A stretch of 64,000 nt of DNA from Chloroflexota bacterium (GTDB lineage Bacteria > Chloroflexota > UBA11872 > VXNJ01): the NCBI GenBank assembly GCA_030744875.1, contig JASLPR010000047.1:914-64913 (forward strand). The letters run 5' to 3'. Of this stretch, positions 9,804 to 19,537 are shown one piece after another. A program made the position numbers and the translations under genes. Positions within the stretch are counted from its first letter, which is position 1, and each line of letters starts with the position of its first letter. The notes under the pieces were generated by a model, which saw nothing but the letters and a program-made list of their open reading frames with translations, was not told where the DNA came from and did not search any database.

Positions 9804-10523
9804 GTGGACGCCGTAGCCCTCACCGACATCGTCAAGACGTTCGGCCGGCTGCGCGCGCTGGACGGCCTGTCGCTCAACATCCGCGCCGGCACCATCTACG
9901 GCATTCTCGGCTCCAACGGCGCCGGCAAGACCACCATGATCCGCCTCATCGCCGGGCTGCTGGCGGCCGACTCCGGCGAAGCCCGCGTCCTCGACGATCC
10001 CCCCGGCCGGCCGGCGGTCCTGGCTCGAACCGGCTACATGCCGCAGACCCCGGCGCTCTACGAGGAACTCACGGTCCATGAGAACGTCGCCTTCTTCGCC
10101 GCCTGCTACGGCCGCCGCGATCCGGCCGCCGCCGATTCTGCCGTCGAATTCGTCGGCCTCAGCGACCGTTCCGACAGCCAGGTCCGCACCCTCAGCGGCG
10201 GTATGCGCCAGCGCGTCTCGCTGGCCTGCGCCATCGCCCACGACCCGGCCATTCTGCTGCTCGACGAACCAACCGTCGGGGTCGACCCGGCGCTGCGAGT
10301 GCAACTCTGGGGCCGTTTCCGCGACATGGCCGCCCGCGGCGCGACCATCCTCGTTTCCAGCCACATCATGGACGAGGCCGAACGCTGCGACACCCTCGGC
10401 CTGATCCTCAACGGCCGCCTCCTCGCCGAAGGCTCCGTAGCCGAAATCCGCGCCCGCACCGGCGCGGCCGACCTTGAAGGCGCCTTCCTCGCGCTGGCCG
10501 GGAGCGTCGATGAGCCCGCGTAG
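9804..10523 (+). CDS. ABC transporter ATP-binding protein (ABC-2/DrrA-like)
   Basis: Walker A GSNGAGKTT, signature LSGGMRQR, Walker B ILLLDEP. Confidence 0.85.
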   Translation: MDAVALTDIVKTFGRLRALDGLSLNIRAGTIYGILGSNGAGKTTMIRLIAGLLAADSGEARVLDDPPGRPAVLARTGYMPQTPALYEELTVHENVAFFAACYGRRDPAAADSAVEFVGLSDRSDSQVRTLSGGMRQRVSLACAIAHDPAILLLDEPTVGVDPALRVQLWGRFRDMAARGATILVSSHIMDEAERCDTLGLILNGRLLAEGSVAEIRARTGAADLEGAFLALAGSVDEPA

Positions 10524-11604
10524 CGTCCGCCTCATCGCGCTGCGGGTCATCCGCCAGCTGCGCCGCGACCGCCGCACCGTCGCCATGATCTTCGTCGTCC
10601 CCATTGTCATGGTGGTCCTGCTCGGTTTCATGCTGCGGGCCGGCGAAGACAAACTTACCCTCCTCATCGCCGCCGACGACCCGGCCGCGCAGCCAATCGC
10701 CACCCTCGCCGCCGCCACCCTCCAGTCCGCCGATCTCCCGTCCGCCATCCAGATCGAACCGACCGAAAGCGACGCCGGCTATCAACGGCTCCGCGACGGC
10801 GACGCCGAAGGCATGCTCCTGCTCCGTCCCGGCGCCGACCCGCGCCTGGTTCTTGAGGGCACCCGCGCTCCGGCCACCGAGGCCCTCACCCGTTTCGCCG
10901 GGCAGGCCGCCTTGCTCCTGCGCGCCACCACCGCCGGCCCGCTGCCGGCCGGCGGCCCATCGCCGGAGATCGAGCGTGAGTTCATCCGCGCCGGACCCGA
11001 ACTCGACCTTGTCGACGGGATCGCCCCCGCGTTCATCACCTTCTTCGCGTACTTCTTCGTCTTCCTGCTCACCTCGGTCGCCTTTCTCCGCGAGCGCCAG
11101 CAGGGCACCCTCGAGCGGCTCATGATCACCCCGATCCGGCGACTCGAAATCATCTCCGGCTACATGCTCGGCTTTGGCTTCTTCGCATTACTCCAGGCGT
11201 TCGTCGTCGTTACCGTCACCATCCTCGCCCTCCAGATCCACATCTTCGGTAACCTCCTCTGGGTCTTCCTCGCCGTCGTCCTCGTCACCCTCGGCGCCGT
11301 CAACCTCGGCATCCTCTGTTCCACCTTTGCCCGCAACGAACTCCAGGTCGTCCAGTTCATCCCGCTCGTTATCGTCCCCCAGGCCCTCCTCAGCGGCACC
11401 TTCCTGCCGCTCGGCGGCATGCCCGACTGGATCATCTGGCTCTCCCGCGCCATGCCGATGACCTACGCCGTCGAGGCCGTCAAGGCGGTCATGGTCGGCG
11501 GCAGCGGCATCAGCGACCTGGTCGTCTGGCGCGGCATGCTTGCGCTCGTCCTATTCGCCATCTTTTTCATCCTCGTCAGCGCCCGCACCCTCCGGCGCGC
11601 CTAG
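10510..11604 (+). CDS. ABC-2 type transporter permease
   Basis: ATG at 10510 overlaps the ATPase gene by 14 nt. An N-terminal TM, a large loop, and C-terminal TM helices fit ABC-2 architecture. Confidence 0.8.
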   Translation: MSPRSVRLIALRVIRQLRRDRRTVAMIFVVPIVMVVLLGFMLRAGEDKLTLLIAADDPAAQPIATLAAATLQSADLPSAIQIEPTESDAGYQRLRDGDAEGMLLLRPGADPRLVLEGTRAPATEALTRFAGQAALLLRATTAGPLPAGGPSPEIEREFIRAGPELDLVDGIAPAFITFFAYFFVFLLTSVAFLRERQQGTLERLMITPIRRLEIISGYMLGFGFFALLQAFVVVTVTILALQIHIFGNLLWVFLAVVLVTLGAVNLGILCSTFARNELQVVQFIPLVIVPQALLSGTFLPLGGMPDWIIWLSRAMPMTYAVEAVKAVMVGGSGISDLVVWRGMLALVLFAIFFILVSARTLRRA

Positions 11605-11608
11605 CCCC

Positions 11609-12964
11609 GTGATCGCCACCCTTGCCCGGATCGTCGGCCCCGACAACGTCGACGCCTCCCCCGCCGCCCGGGTCACCTACTCCGTCGACGGCACCGTCGG
11701 CTATCGCGGCGCGCCGGCGGCGATCGTCTTCCCCGGTTCCGGTCAGGAGGTCGCCCGCGTCCTCAAAGCCGCCGCCGAGCACGGCTGGCCGGTCGTCGCC
11801 CGCGGCGGCGGCACCAGCCTCGCGGCCGGCGCCGTCCCGCCCGAAGGCGCCATCGTTCTCAGCGCCGCCCGCCTCACCCACGGCCCCGACATCAACCCCG
11901 CCGAACTCGAAGCCGCTTGCGGCGCCGGGGTCACCACCGGCGAACTCCAGTCCCGCGCCGCCGCTCTCGACCTGTTCTACCCGCCGGACCCCTCCTCGCA
12001 ATCCGTCACCATGCTGGGCGGCAACGCCGCCACCAACGCCGGCGGCGCCCACGCCCTCAAGTACGGCGTCACCCGCGACTACGTCAGCGCCCTCGAAGTC
12101 GCCCTCGCCTCGGGCGAGATCATCCGGGTCGAGCGCGGCACCGGCACCGAGCCACTACTCGACCTCTTCATCGGCTCCGAAGGCACCCTCGGCATCGTTA
12201 CCGAACTCCGCCTCCGTCTGCTCCCCGCCCCGCCGGATGCCCGCACGGTCGCCGCTCATTTCGAGACCGTCCACGCCGCCGCCGGGGCCACGCTCACCAT
12301 CCTCAACGCCGGCCTTGTCCCGGCCCGGCTCGAATTCATGGACGCGGTCGCCATCTGCGCGGTCCAGGCCGCCCGCGACCGCGGCTTGGCCGGGGTCCGC
12401 GCCGTGTTGCTCGTCGAGTTCGACGGCCGTCCCGAGATCGTCGACGCCGACATCGACCGTGCCGCCGGCCTGCTCGGCCCGGTGGCCATCCGTCTGATCG
12501 TGCCCCGGACCCCCGCCGAAGAAGCCGCCGCTTGGGAACCGCGCCGAGCCATCACCGCCTCGCTCGCCCGGTTAAAACCCGGCAAGCTCGGCGAAGACAT
12601 CTGCGTCCCGCGCACGGCCTTTCCCGACGCAATCGCGGCCATCGAGCGGCTCGCCGCCGAAATGGACCTCGAAATCGCCCTCTTCGGCCACGCCGGCGAC
12701 GGCACCATCCATCCCAACATCGTCTTCGATCCCGATGATCCGGCCGAAGTTCGCCGCGTCCACGAGGCCATGGCCGGCATCGCCCGCATCGGCATCGAGC
12801 TCGGCGGCGTCCTTTCCGGCGAGCACGGCCTCGGGCTGGTCAAGAAAGACTTCGTCCCGCTCATGTACGACCAGGCTACGATCGCCCGCATGCGCGAACT
12901 CAAGCGCCAATTCGACCCGGTCGGCGTGCTCAACCCCGACGCCATGTGGCCCGCGCCCGCCTAG
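11609..12964 (+). CDS. FAD-linked oxidase (GlcD/D-lactate dehydrogenase-like)
   Basis: A GTG at 11609 gives IATLARIVGPDNVDASPAARVTYSVDG.... RGGGTSLAGGAVP-like FAD-binding motif and ...GEHGLGLVKKDF...FDPVGVLNP C-terminus. Confidence 0.8.
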   Translation: MIATLARIVGPDNVDASPAARVTYSVDGTVGYRGAPAAIVFPGSGQEVARVLKAAAEHGWPVVARGGGTSLAAGAVPPEGAIVLSAARLTHGPDINPAELEAACGAGVTTGELQSRAAALDLFYPPDPSSQSVTMLGGNAATNAGGAHALKYGVTRDYVSALEVALASGEIIRVERGTGTEPLLDLFIGSEGTLGIVTELRLRLLPAPPDARTVAAHFETVHAAAGATLTILNAGLVPARLEFMDAVAICAVQAARDRGLAGVRAVLLVEFDGRPEIVDADIDRAAGLLGPVAIRLIVPRTPAEEAAAWEPRRAITASLARLKPGKLGEDICVPRTAFPDAIAAIERLAAEMDLEIALFGHAGDGTIHPNIVFDPDDPAEVRRVHEAMAGIARIGIELGGVLSGEHGLGLVKKDFVPLMYDQATIARMRELKRQFDPVGVLNPDAMWPAPA

Positions 12965-13575
12965 AGCCGCTCCATCCAGTCGCGCTCGGCGCCGATCGTT
13001 GTCTCCGGCCCGTGCCCCGGGTACACCCTGGTCGCATCCGGCAATTCCGTCAGCCGGCGCAGCGATTCCACCATCCGCGCCGGGTCGCTCCCCGGCAGGT
13101 CCACCCGGCCGTAGGTCCCGGCAAACAGCGTATCGCCGGCGATCAGCACCTCCCCTTCCTCCCACCACAGGCACACGCCCCCCGGCGTATGACCCGGCGT
13201 ATGCAGCACCACAAAGCGCTCCTCCCCGACCCGCACCTCGGCGCCATCCTCCAGCAACCCGGTCGGCGTCGATGGCTCCCACGGCAAATCCATCCCGAAC
13301 GTCAGCGGCGTCTCCGTCGTAATCATCTCCGCGTCGTCGCCGTGAATCAGCAACCCCGCCTCAACCTTGCGTAGCAGCGCCGCGTTATCGGCCACGTGAT
13401 CCCAATGCCCGTGGGTGTTCAGGACGGTCTCGATCGTCACCCCGAGCTGCTCCGCCGCCTCCGTCAAGACTTCCGCCGCTCCCTGCCCCGGGTCGATCGC
13501 CAGCGCGACCTCGCCCACCCTCACTAGGTATGTATTCGTTGCCAGCGGTCCGACCGAGAAGCCCCGCACCTCCAC
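12961..13575 (-). CDS. MBL-fold hydrolase (hydroxyacylglutathione hydrolase-like)
   Basis: A GTG at 13575 gives (M)EVRGFSVGPLATNTYLV.... The HxHxDH motif is NTHGHWDHV. The longer 249-aa ORF would overlap moaA by more than 100 nt. Confidence 0.7.
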   Translation of the reverse strand: MEVRGFSVGPLATNTYLVRVGEVALAIDPGQGAAEVLTEAAEQLGVTIETVLNTHGHWDHVADNAALLRKVEAGLLIHGDDAEMITTETPLTFGMDLPWEPSTPTGLLEDGAEVRVGEERFVVLHTPGHTPGGVCLWWEEGEVLIAGDTLFAGTYGRVDLPGSDPARMVESLRRLTELPDATRVYPGHGPETTIGAERDWMERL

Positions 13576-13601
13576 CCGTACGCTAGTCCAGTCCCCGGCC
13601 G

Positions 13602-14636
13602 CTAGCCGCCAATCTGGTACATCTCGATCTTGCGCTCCACCGGTTCCTGGCCGTTGCTCTCCGGTCGCGTCGCCCGCTCCTCCGAATAGCGATCCCGTCG
13701 CGCCCCCCACGCGCCGGCGATCAACTCCCGCACCTTCTCATCCTCTGCCCCGGCCCGCATCGGATCCCGCAGCGAGATGCCGTCCGCCGCGAACAGGCAG
13801 CCGATGAACCGCCCGTCGGTGGACAGCCGCAGCCGCCCGCAGTCGCCGCAGAACGGCTGCGTCACCGACGCGATAACCCCGATTTCCCCGGTCCCGTCCC
13901 GGTACGCATACCGACTGGCTACTTCACCACGATAGTTCGGCGACACCGCCTCCAGCGGCATCTCGGCATCGATCCGTTCCCGGATCTCCTTCGCCGCCAC
14001 CACCTGCTCGAACTCCCACTCATTCCGCGTCCCGACGTCCATGAACTCGATAAAGCGCACGATGTGGCCGCTGCCCTTGAAATGCCGCGCCAGCTCCACA
14101 AACGTGTGATCGTTCGCGCCGCATTGCACCACACAGTTGATCTTCAGTGATTCAAACCCCGCCGCCGTCGCCGCCGCGATTCCGCCCAACACCTTGTCTA
14201 ACGAGTAGTCCCGCCCGTTCATCGCCTGAAACACCCCATCGTCCATGCTGTCCAGGCTAATCGTCAGCCGGTGCAAGCCTGCCGCCCGCAACTCTCGCGC
14301 GTGCCGATCCAGCAGGTAGCCGTTCGTCGTCAGCGCAATGTCCTCCACCCCCTCGATCCCGGCCAGTCGTTCCACCAACTCCGCCACCCCCCGCCGCAGC
14401 AGGGGCTCTCCGCCGGTCAGTCGGATCTTCTTCACCCCGGTCTCCACCAGCAGCCGCGCCAGCCGCTCGATCTCCTCGAACGTCAGCAGTTCTTCCCTTG
14501 GCAGGAACTCGTAGTGTTCGCCGAAGACCTCAGCCGGCATGCAGTAGTGGCAGCGGAAATTGCAGCGATCGGTCAACGAGATGCGCAGATCGCGCAGCGG
14601 CCGTCCCAGGGCATCGGCCAGGAGGGTCGAGCTCAT
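13602..14636 (-). CDS. moaA: GTP 3',8-cyclase MoaA (radical SAM, molybdenum cofactor biosynthesis)
   Basis: LRISLTDRCNFRCHYCMP (CxxxCxxC) and a C-terminal CGDCGRLRLSTDG cluster. ATG 14636 is preferred; 14666 is possible. Confidence 0.9.
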   Translation of the reverse strand: MSSTLLADALGRPLRDLRISLTDRCNFRCHYCMPAEVFGEHYEFLPREELLTFEEIERLARLLVETGVKKIRLTGGEPLLRRGVAELVERLAGIEGVEDIALTTNGYLLDRHARELRAAGLHRLTISLDSMDDGVFQAMNGRDYSLDKVLGGIAAATAAGFESLKINCVVQCGANDHTFVELARHFKGSGHIVRFIEFMDVGTRNEWEFEQVVAAKEIRERIDAEMPLEAVSPNYRGEVASRYAYRDGTGEIGVIASVTQPFCGDCGRLRLSTDGRFIGCLFAADGISLRDPMRAGAEDEKVRELIAGAWGARRDRYSEERATRPESNGQEPVERKIEMYQIGG

Positions 14637-14696
14637 CGCCCCGCGCCCATGCCGCGCCGCGCCCAACTCCCGCGATCCATCGTCAGATTCCGGGCG

Positions 14697-15077
14697 CTAC
14701 TCGGACGGCGCCGCCGGCGCCGGCCGCATGTTCTTTAGCGGCGAGCGCCGCGGCTTCACATTAAATGACGTCCCACAGCCGCAGGTCACCACCGCGTTCG
14801 GATTCTCCAGCGTGAACCCGCGCCCGATCAGGCCGTCATTGAAATCCAGCTGCGAACCGTCGATCAGCACCCGCGTGAACTCGTCATAGACCACCCGGTA
14901 GCCGTCCCCCTCCACCGTCTCGTCTTCCGCAGCGGTCGCGTTATCCAGCACCACATCGTAGTTGTAGCCCGCGCAGCCGCCGTTGGTCACCCGGATGCGG
15001 ATGAATTTCTCCGCGTTCTCGGGCCCCGCCAAAACCTGCCGAATCTCGCGTTCGGCCAACTCCGACACCGTTACCAC
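14697..15077 (-). CDS. HesB/IscA-family iron-sulfur cluster insertion protein
   Basis: IRIRVTNGGCAGYNY...NPNAVVTCGCGTSF conserved Cys triad, with a short Pro/Arg-rich C-terminal extension. Confidence 0.8.
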   Translation of the reverse strand: MVTVSELAEREIRQVLAGPENAEKFIRIRVTNGGCAGYNYDVVLDNATAAEDETVEGDGYRVVYDEFTRVLIDGSQLDFNDGLIGRGFTLENPNAVVTCGCGTSFNVKPRRSPLKNMRPAPAAPSE

Positions 15078-15187
15078 ACGCCTGCTCCTGTCGTTTCACG
15101 CTTGTTGCGCCGGGGGCGTCGCGCCGCCCGGCCATGGAGAACAAGTTTATATCGCCCGACCGGGGTGGTGAAGAGAAACTACCCTCG

Positions 15188-16342
15188 CTACGAGCCGGCC
15201 CGCAGCCGCGGAACGATCTCGCCCAGGACTTCGAGCAGCCGGTCCATGTCCTCGGACCGATTGTCCGGCCCGGTGGTGATCCGCAGGCTCCCCCCGGCGA
15301 GTTCCGGTGCGATGCCCATCGCCAGCAGCACATGGGAGGGCTCCAGCGACGCCGACGTACAGGCCGACCCACTGGAGACCGCCAGCCCGGCGCGATCCAG
15401 TTGCAGCAGCAGCCCTTCGGTCTTCACGTCGGCTATGCAGACGCTGGTGTTGTTCGCCAGCCGCCGTTCCGGGTCGCCGTTGAACCGCACCCCATCGATT
15501 TCCGCCAGTCCCGCCCGCAGCCGCCGCCCCAGCGCCCGGTTGTGAGCCACGTTCGCATCTCGGTTCCGCTCTGCCAGATCCAGCGCGGCCGCCAGTCCCA
15601 CGATCCCGGCCACGTTCTCGGTTCCGGCCCGCCGTCCCTTCTCCTGGGTCCCGCCCTGCACCTGCGGCACCACCCGCGCGCCGCGCCGGACATACAGTGC
15701 CCCCACTCCTTTGGGCCCGTAGAACTTGTGCGCCGCGATGGACAGCAGATCCACTCCCAGGGCGTCCACGTCAAGGGGCAGCGCCCCCGGGGCCTGCACC
15801 GCGTCGGTATGCAGCAGCGCCCCGCTTGCCCGTACGCCATCGGCCAGATCCGACAGCGGCTGCACGGTCCCGACCTCGTTGTTGGCGTAGCCCACGCTGA
15901 CGACCGCCACGTCGGCGCCCAGCAGCCGCTCGAACGCCTCCCGGTCCACCGCCCCATTGGCGTCCACGCTGGCGTGATCCACCTTGAAATCTCGATAGCG
16001 CCGCAGGTATTCGGCGGCCCCGAGCACCGCATGATGTTCGATCGGCGTCACCACCACCCGGTTTCGCGCCGCGCGCCGCGCCCCGTCGGCCGCTCCTTTG
16101 ATGGCCAGGTTCGCGCCCTCGCTGCCGCTCCCCGTAAAGACCAGCTCGCCCGGCTCGCAACCCAACACTGCCGCCACCCGCCGGCGCGCCTCCTCCAGCG
16201 CATCCCGCGCCGCCCGCGACTCTGCGTGCAGGCCCGAAGGGTTATAGCCGCGCTCCGCAAAGAACGGCCGCATGGCCTCCAGCACCGCCGGCGCCAGCGG
16301 CGTGGTCGCCGCATGATCCAGGTAGACGCGCTCGTCGCTCAA
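15188..16342 (-). CDS. cysteine desulfurase (NifS/IscS class I)
   Basis: MSDERVYLDHAATTPL..., a PLP-Lys context SIAAHKFYGPKG, and active-site loop SSGSACTS. Confidence 0.9.
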   Translation of the reverse strand: MSDERVYLDHAATTPLAPAVLEAMRPFFAERGYNPSGLHAESRAARDALEEARRRVAAVLGCEPGELVFTGSGSEGANLAIKGAADGARRAARNRVVVTPIEHHAVLGAAEYLRRYRDFKVDHASVDANGAVDREAFERLLGADVAVVSVGYANNEVGTVQPLSDLADGVRASGALLHTDAVQAPGALPLDVDALGVDLLSIAAHKFYGPKGVGALYVRRGARVVPQVQGGTQEKGRRAGTENVAGIVGLAAALDLAERNRDANVAHNRALGRRLRAGLAEIDGVRFNGDPERRLANNTSVCIADVKTEGLLLQLDRAGLAVSSGSACTSASLEPSHVLLAMGIAPELAGGSLRITTGPDNRSEDMDRLLEVLGEIVPRLRAGS

Positions 16343-16439
16343 AGCCGGCCCGTTTTGAAAGGTGGAGAGACTCCCGCGATTATGGCGTAGTCAGTGCTGC
16401 CCGCCACGCCACCCGGCCACCCCACAACTCCCCCGGGAG

Positions 16440-17075
16440 CTAGACCGCCTGCCGCCGCGGAATCTGGTACACGCAGGCCGGCTCGCCCTGGGCCATCGAC
16501 CCGGTCCGGGTGACGCGTACGCCCAGCAGACTCTCAAAGACCTGTAATTCGAAGCGGCACGGCACGCTCGTAAACTTCGTCACCGCCGAGATCGGGCAAT
16601 TGCGCGCCGATAATTCATAGCCATCCTCCCGCACCCGCACATCGGTCATGTAGCCGCGCTCGCTCATCAACTCAGCGATCCGCTTCACCTTCTCTTCGAA
16701 GCTCAGACCCTTGAGTTGCGGCCGGATCGCCGCCACCAATTCTATTTCGCGACTCTCGAAAACGTTGTTCATCACTTCGCTCTCGCCTCGCTCCACCAGG
16801 TCCGTAATCAGCGCCGTCGCCAGCGCCTCATAGTCCTTCGGGAACTCCGCGTCGGCCGCCGCCGTCAGTCCAAAGCGGTGACTCGGCCGGCCCACGCCGT
16901 TGCGCAACACCTCCGCCTCCACCAGCCCATCGCTGCGCAGCAGCCCCAGGTGCTGCCGCGCGGCCGAGACGACGGTGCCCGTCTCCTTGGCCACCTCGGC
17001 GGCCGTCATCGGGCCCTTGCCCCGTAGCAGCCGCAATATTTCTTCTTTTGGTGTAGCCCGCGTGTTCATCATCAC
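16440..17075 (-). CDS. winged-helix transcriptional regulator, SufR-like
   Basis: N-terminal wHTH (ILRLLRGKGPMTAAEVAKETGTVVSAARQHLGLLRSDGLV) with three Cys in the C-terminal domain. It sits directly upstream of the cysteine desulfurase and IscA genes. Confidence 0.55.
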   Translation of the reverse strand: MMMNTRATPKEEILRLLRGKGPMTAAEVAKETGTVVSAARQHLGLLRSDGLVEAEVLRNGVGRPSHRFGLTAAADAEFPKDYEALATALITDLVERGESEVMNNVFESREIELVAAIRPQLKGLSFEEKVKRIAELMSERGYMTDVRVREDGYELSARNCPISAVTKFTSVPCRFELQVFESLLGVRVTRTGSMAQGEPACVYQIPRRQAV

Positions 17076-17229
17076 TACTTATCAGTTCCGGCAAGTGAAT
17101 CTAACAATTTCCCCCGGCACCGCCAAGCATTCTTGCTTTTGCCACTCCATTAACACAGGTCTGGCCGGCGTCCCCAAACCTGCGATTGCGACATTTACAC
17201 ATATAAAACCAGCGCAACTGTGTTTATTG

Positions 17230-17238
17230 TGCTATATT
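17230..17238 (+). promoter_or_regulatory. possible extended -10 element (TGcTATATT) for the sigma-factor gene
   Basis: It lies in the only AT-rich stretch of the 17076-17293 intergenic region, ~56 nt upstream of GTG 17294. No convincing -35 box. Confidence 0.25.
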
Positions 17239-17293
17239 GCCGCCACTGGCGACCCGATCCACCGCCGTCTTCACCGATCCGGAGGCATCATCC

Positions 17294-18250
17294 GTGGCTA
17301 TTGACACCAACGACCACCGCACCTTGCCCGGCTCGACCGGCCTACCCACCGCCGACGCCGACGGGAGCCACTGGCCTTCCACCGAAAGCATCGCCGCCCG
17401 CGGCACCAACTCCGACGCCGCCATCGGCGACTCCCTCCGCCTCTACCTCAACGCCATCAACCAGGTCCCGCTGCTCAACGCCCGTGAAGAGGTCGAACTC
17501 GCCAAAGGCATCGAGTGCGGCGACTACGCCGCCTGGCGCAAGCTGGTCAACGCCAATCTCCGCCTAGTGGTCAACATTGCCAAGCGCTACTCCGGCGGCG
17601 GCCTGCCACTCACCGACCTGTTGCAGGAGGGCAACATCGGCCTCATTCAGGCGGTGAAGCGCTTCGACTACCGCCGCGGGTTCAAGTTCAGCACCTACGC
17701 CACTTGGTGGATTCGCCAGGCCATCACTCGTTCGCTGTCCAACGACTCCCGCACCATCCGTCTCCCGGTGCACGTCGTCGAGGCCCTGCGCAAAATCCGC
17801 AACCTGGTCCCCGAAATGGCCAACGACCTCGGCCGTGACCCGACTCCCGAAGAAATCGGCTCGGTCGTCGATCTCTCACCCGAGCGAGTCACCGAGATCG
17901 TGCGCGCCGGCCGTTCGCCGGTTTCGCTGGAGATGCCCACCGGCCGCGACGGTGACGACTTGCTCCTGCACTACGTCGAAGATGCCGAGGCTCCGGCACC
18001 CGAAGAGGGCGCGCTCAGTTCCGTCCTGCGCGAAGATGTCGCCCAGGCGCTGACCGTGCTGATGGACCGCGAGCGCCAGATCCTGGAAATGCGCTTCGGC
18101 CTCAACCGCCGCCAGCCGCTCACGCTCGACGAGATCGGCGAGCACTTCGGCCTCACCCGCGAGCGCATCCGCCAGATCCAGGTTGAGGCCCTGCGCAAGC
18201 TGCGCATCTCCACCCGCGCCGAGCCTCTCCGCGAATACCTCGTCGCCTAG
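17294..18250 (+). CDS. rpoD: RNA polymerase sigma-70 family factor (group 1/2, RpoD/SigA-like)
   Basis: The GTG at 17294 is preceded by GGAGG at 8-nt spacing. Region 2 is LRLVVNIAKRYSGGGLPLTDLLQEGNIGLIQAVKRFDYRRGFKFSTYATWWIRQAITR; region 4 is LDEIGEHFGLTRERIRQIQVEALRKL. Confidence 0.85.
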   Translation: MAIDTNDHRTLPGSTGLPTADADGSHWPSTESIAARGTNSDAAIGDSLRLYLNAINQVPLLNAREEVELAKGIECGDYAAWRKLVNANLRLVVNIAKRYSGGGLPLTDLLQEGNIGLIQAVKRFDYRRGFKFSTYATWWIRQAITRSLSNDSRTIRLPVHVVEALRKIRNLVPEMANDLGRDPTPEEIGSVVDLSPERVTEIVRAGRSPVSLEMPTGRDGDDLLLHYVEDAEAPAPEEGALSSVLREDVAQALTVLMDRERQILEMRFGLNRRQPLTLDEIGEHFGLTRERIRQIQVEALRKLRISTRAEPLREYLVA

Positions 18251-18271
18251 GCCGGTCCCCGGCTTTCTTCT
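18251..18271 (+). terminator. putative intrinsic terminator after the sigma-factor gene
   Basis: GCCGG-tcc-CCGGC followed by TTTCTTCT, immediately after the TAG. Confidence 0.4.
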
Positions 18272-18394
18272 GGAATCCGGAGCGCATACCAACCTGTAGC
18301 CGGTAGTCGAATGTGGGCTATCCGGCATACGGGTTGTCACCGCCGACCCAATCCCCTAGAACTCGCCTGACCGACCAGCTGCCCAACCGGCCAA

Positions 18395-18416
18395 CAGAAG
18401 AAACAGCCTGTGGCTG
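18395..18416 (-). terminator. putative intrinsic terminator after nadA
   Basis: On the minus strand, CAGCC-aca-GGCTG followed by TTTCTTCT, directly after the stop codon. Confidence 0.4.
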
Positions 18417-19472
18417 CTAGCGGATTTCGAGCATCCGATCGATTGATCCGCGCGCCCGCGCGCGAATCTCCTCCGGGACCTCGATCACGTAGCGCGTCTC
18501 CTGGAGGGAGGCCAGCGCCAGGTCCAGGGTGATCTCGTTCATGTGCGGGCAGCGCACCGAGCACAGCCCCAGCATTTCCTTCTCGGGGGCCTCAGCCGCG
18601 ATGTTGGCGCCCATGCTGCACTCGGTCAGCAGCAGGTAGCGCGGCGCGTCGACCTCGCGGACGTGGCGACTCATCGCGGCGGTCGAACCGGAGAAGTCCG
18701 AGGCCTCCACCACCGCCGGACTGCATTCCGGGTGGGTCAGGATCACGACATCGGGGAACTGCCGGCGCACGTCGGCGATATCTTCCACGGTGAACTTCTC
18801 GTGGACTTCGCAGCGTCCGCCCCAGCCGATCATTTCGTGTTTCAGGCTGTTGGCCGGTTCGCCGGCCGGCTTCGGGCCCAGCGTCGGGAAGATGATCTCT
18901 TTGCCGGTCTCGCGGGCCACATTCGCGGCTAGGTATTCGTCCGGCAGGAAAATCACGGTCTGGTCGCCGAAGGACTCCACCACCTGCCGGGCGTTTCCGG
19001 AGGTGCAGCAAACGTCCACCTCGGCCTTCACATCCGCGTAGGTGTTGATATAGGCGATCACCGGCACGCCCGGGTAGCGTCGTTTCAGTTCCCGCACGTC
19101 CTCGGCAGTAATTGATTCGGCCAGCGAGCACCCGGCCACCTTCGCGGGCAGCAGCACGGTGCGTTCCGGGCTCAGGATCTTGGCGGTCTCGGCCATAAAG
19201 CGGACGCCGCAAAAGATCAGGATTTCGGCCTCGGTCGTCGCGGCCACCCGGCTCAGTTCCAGCGAATCGCCCACGTGGTCGCAGACGGAGTGAAAAAGGG
19301 CCGGCTCCATGTAGTTGTGGCCCAGGATCACGGCGCCGCGCTCGCGTTTCAGGCGGTTGATTTCGAAGGCCAGCTCGGCCTTGATGGTCAGTTCGAATTC
19401 CGGCACCACACCGTGCAGGCGATCGCGCAGGGCCGCCAGGGTTGTCTCCACCGAGGCCGTCTCAATCGCCAC
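18417..19472 (-). CDS. nadA: quinolinate synthase NadA
   Basis: ILGHNYMEPALFH...DHVGDSLELSR...ILIFCGVRFMAETAKIL...CCTSGNA...ILTHPEC are the NadA signature blocks as I recall them. Confidence 0.9.
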   Translation of the reverse strand: MAIETASVETTLAALRDRLHGVVPEFELTIKAELAFEINRLKRERGAVILGHNYMEPALFHSVCDHVGDSLELSRVAATTEAEILIFCGVRFMAETAKILSPERTVLLPAKVAGCSLAESITAEDVRELKRRYPGVPVIAYINTYADVKAEVDVCCTSGNARQVVESFGDQTVIFLPDEYLAANVARETGKEIIFPTLGPKPAGEPANSLKHEMIGWGGRCEVHEKFTVEDIADVRRQFPDVVILTHPECSPAVVEASDFSGSTAAMSRHVREVDAPRYLLLTECSMGANIAAEAPEKEMLGLCSVRCPHMNEITLDLALASLQETRYVIEVPEEIRARARGSIDRMLEIR

Positions 19473-19537
19473 CGAATCGCTCCCGGGATGGTTGGCCGCT
19501 CAATCCGCCGCGGCTCGTCACAGGTCTCGGCAACCAC

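Noticed and set aside
12961-12964. Convergent genes sharing a CTAG tetranucleotide as overlapping stops (also at 48208-48211)
   Set aside because: This is real but trivial: the palindromic CTAG encodes TAG on both strands, and it simply reflects compact gene packing.
17076-17293. SufR-type operator palindrome in the regulator/sigma-factor intergenic region
   Set aside because: Only short (4-5 bp) imperfect inverted repeats were found, such as AAGCA-ttct-TGCTT. This is not distinguishable from chance without comparative data.
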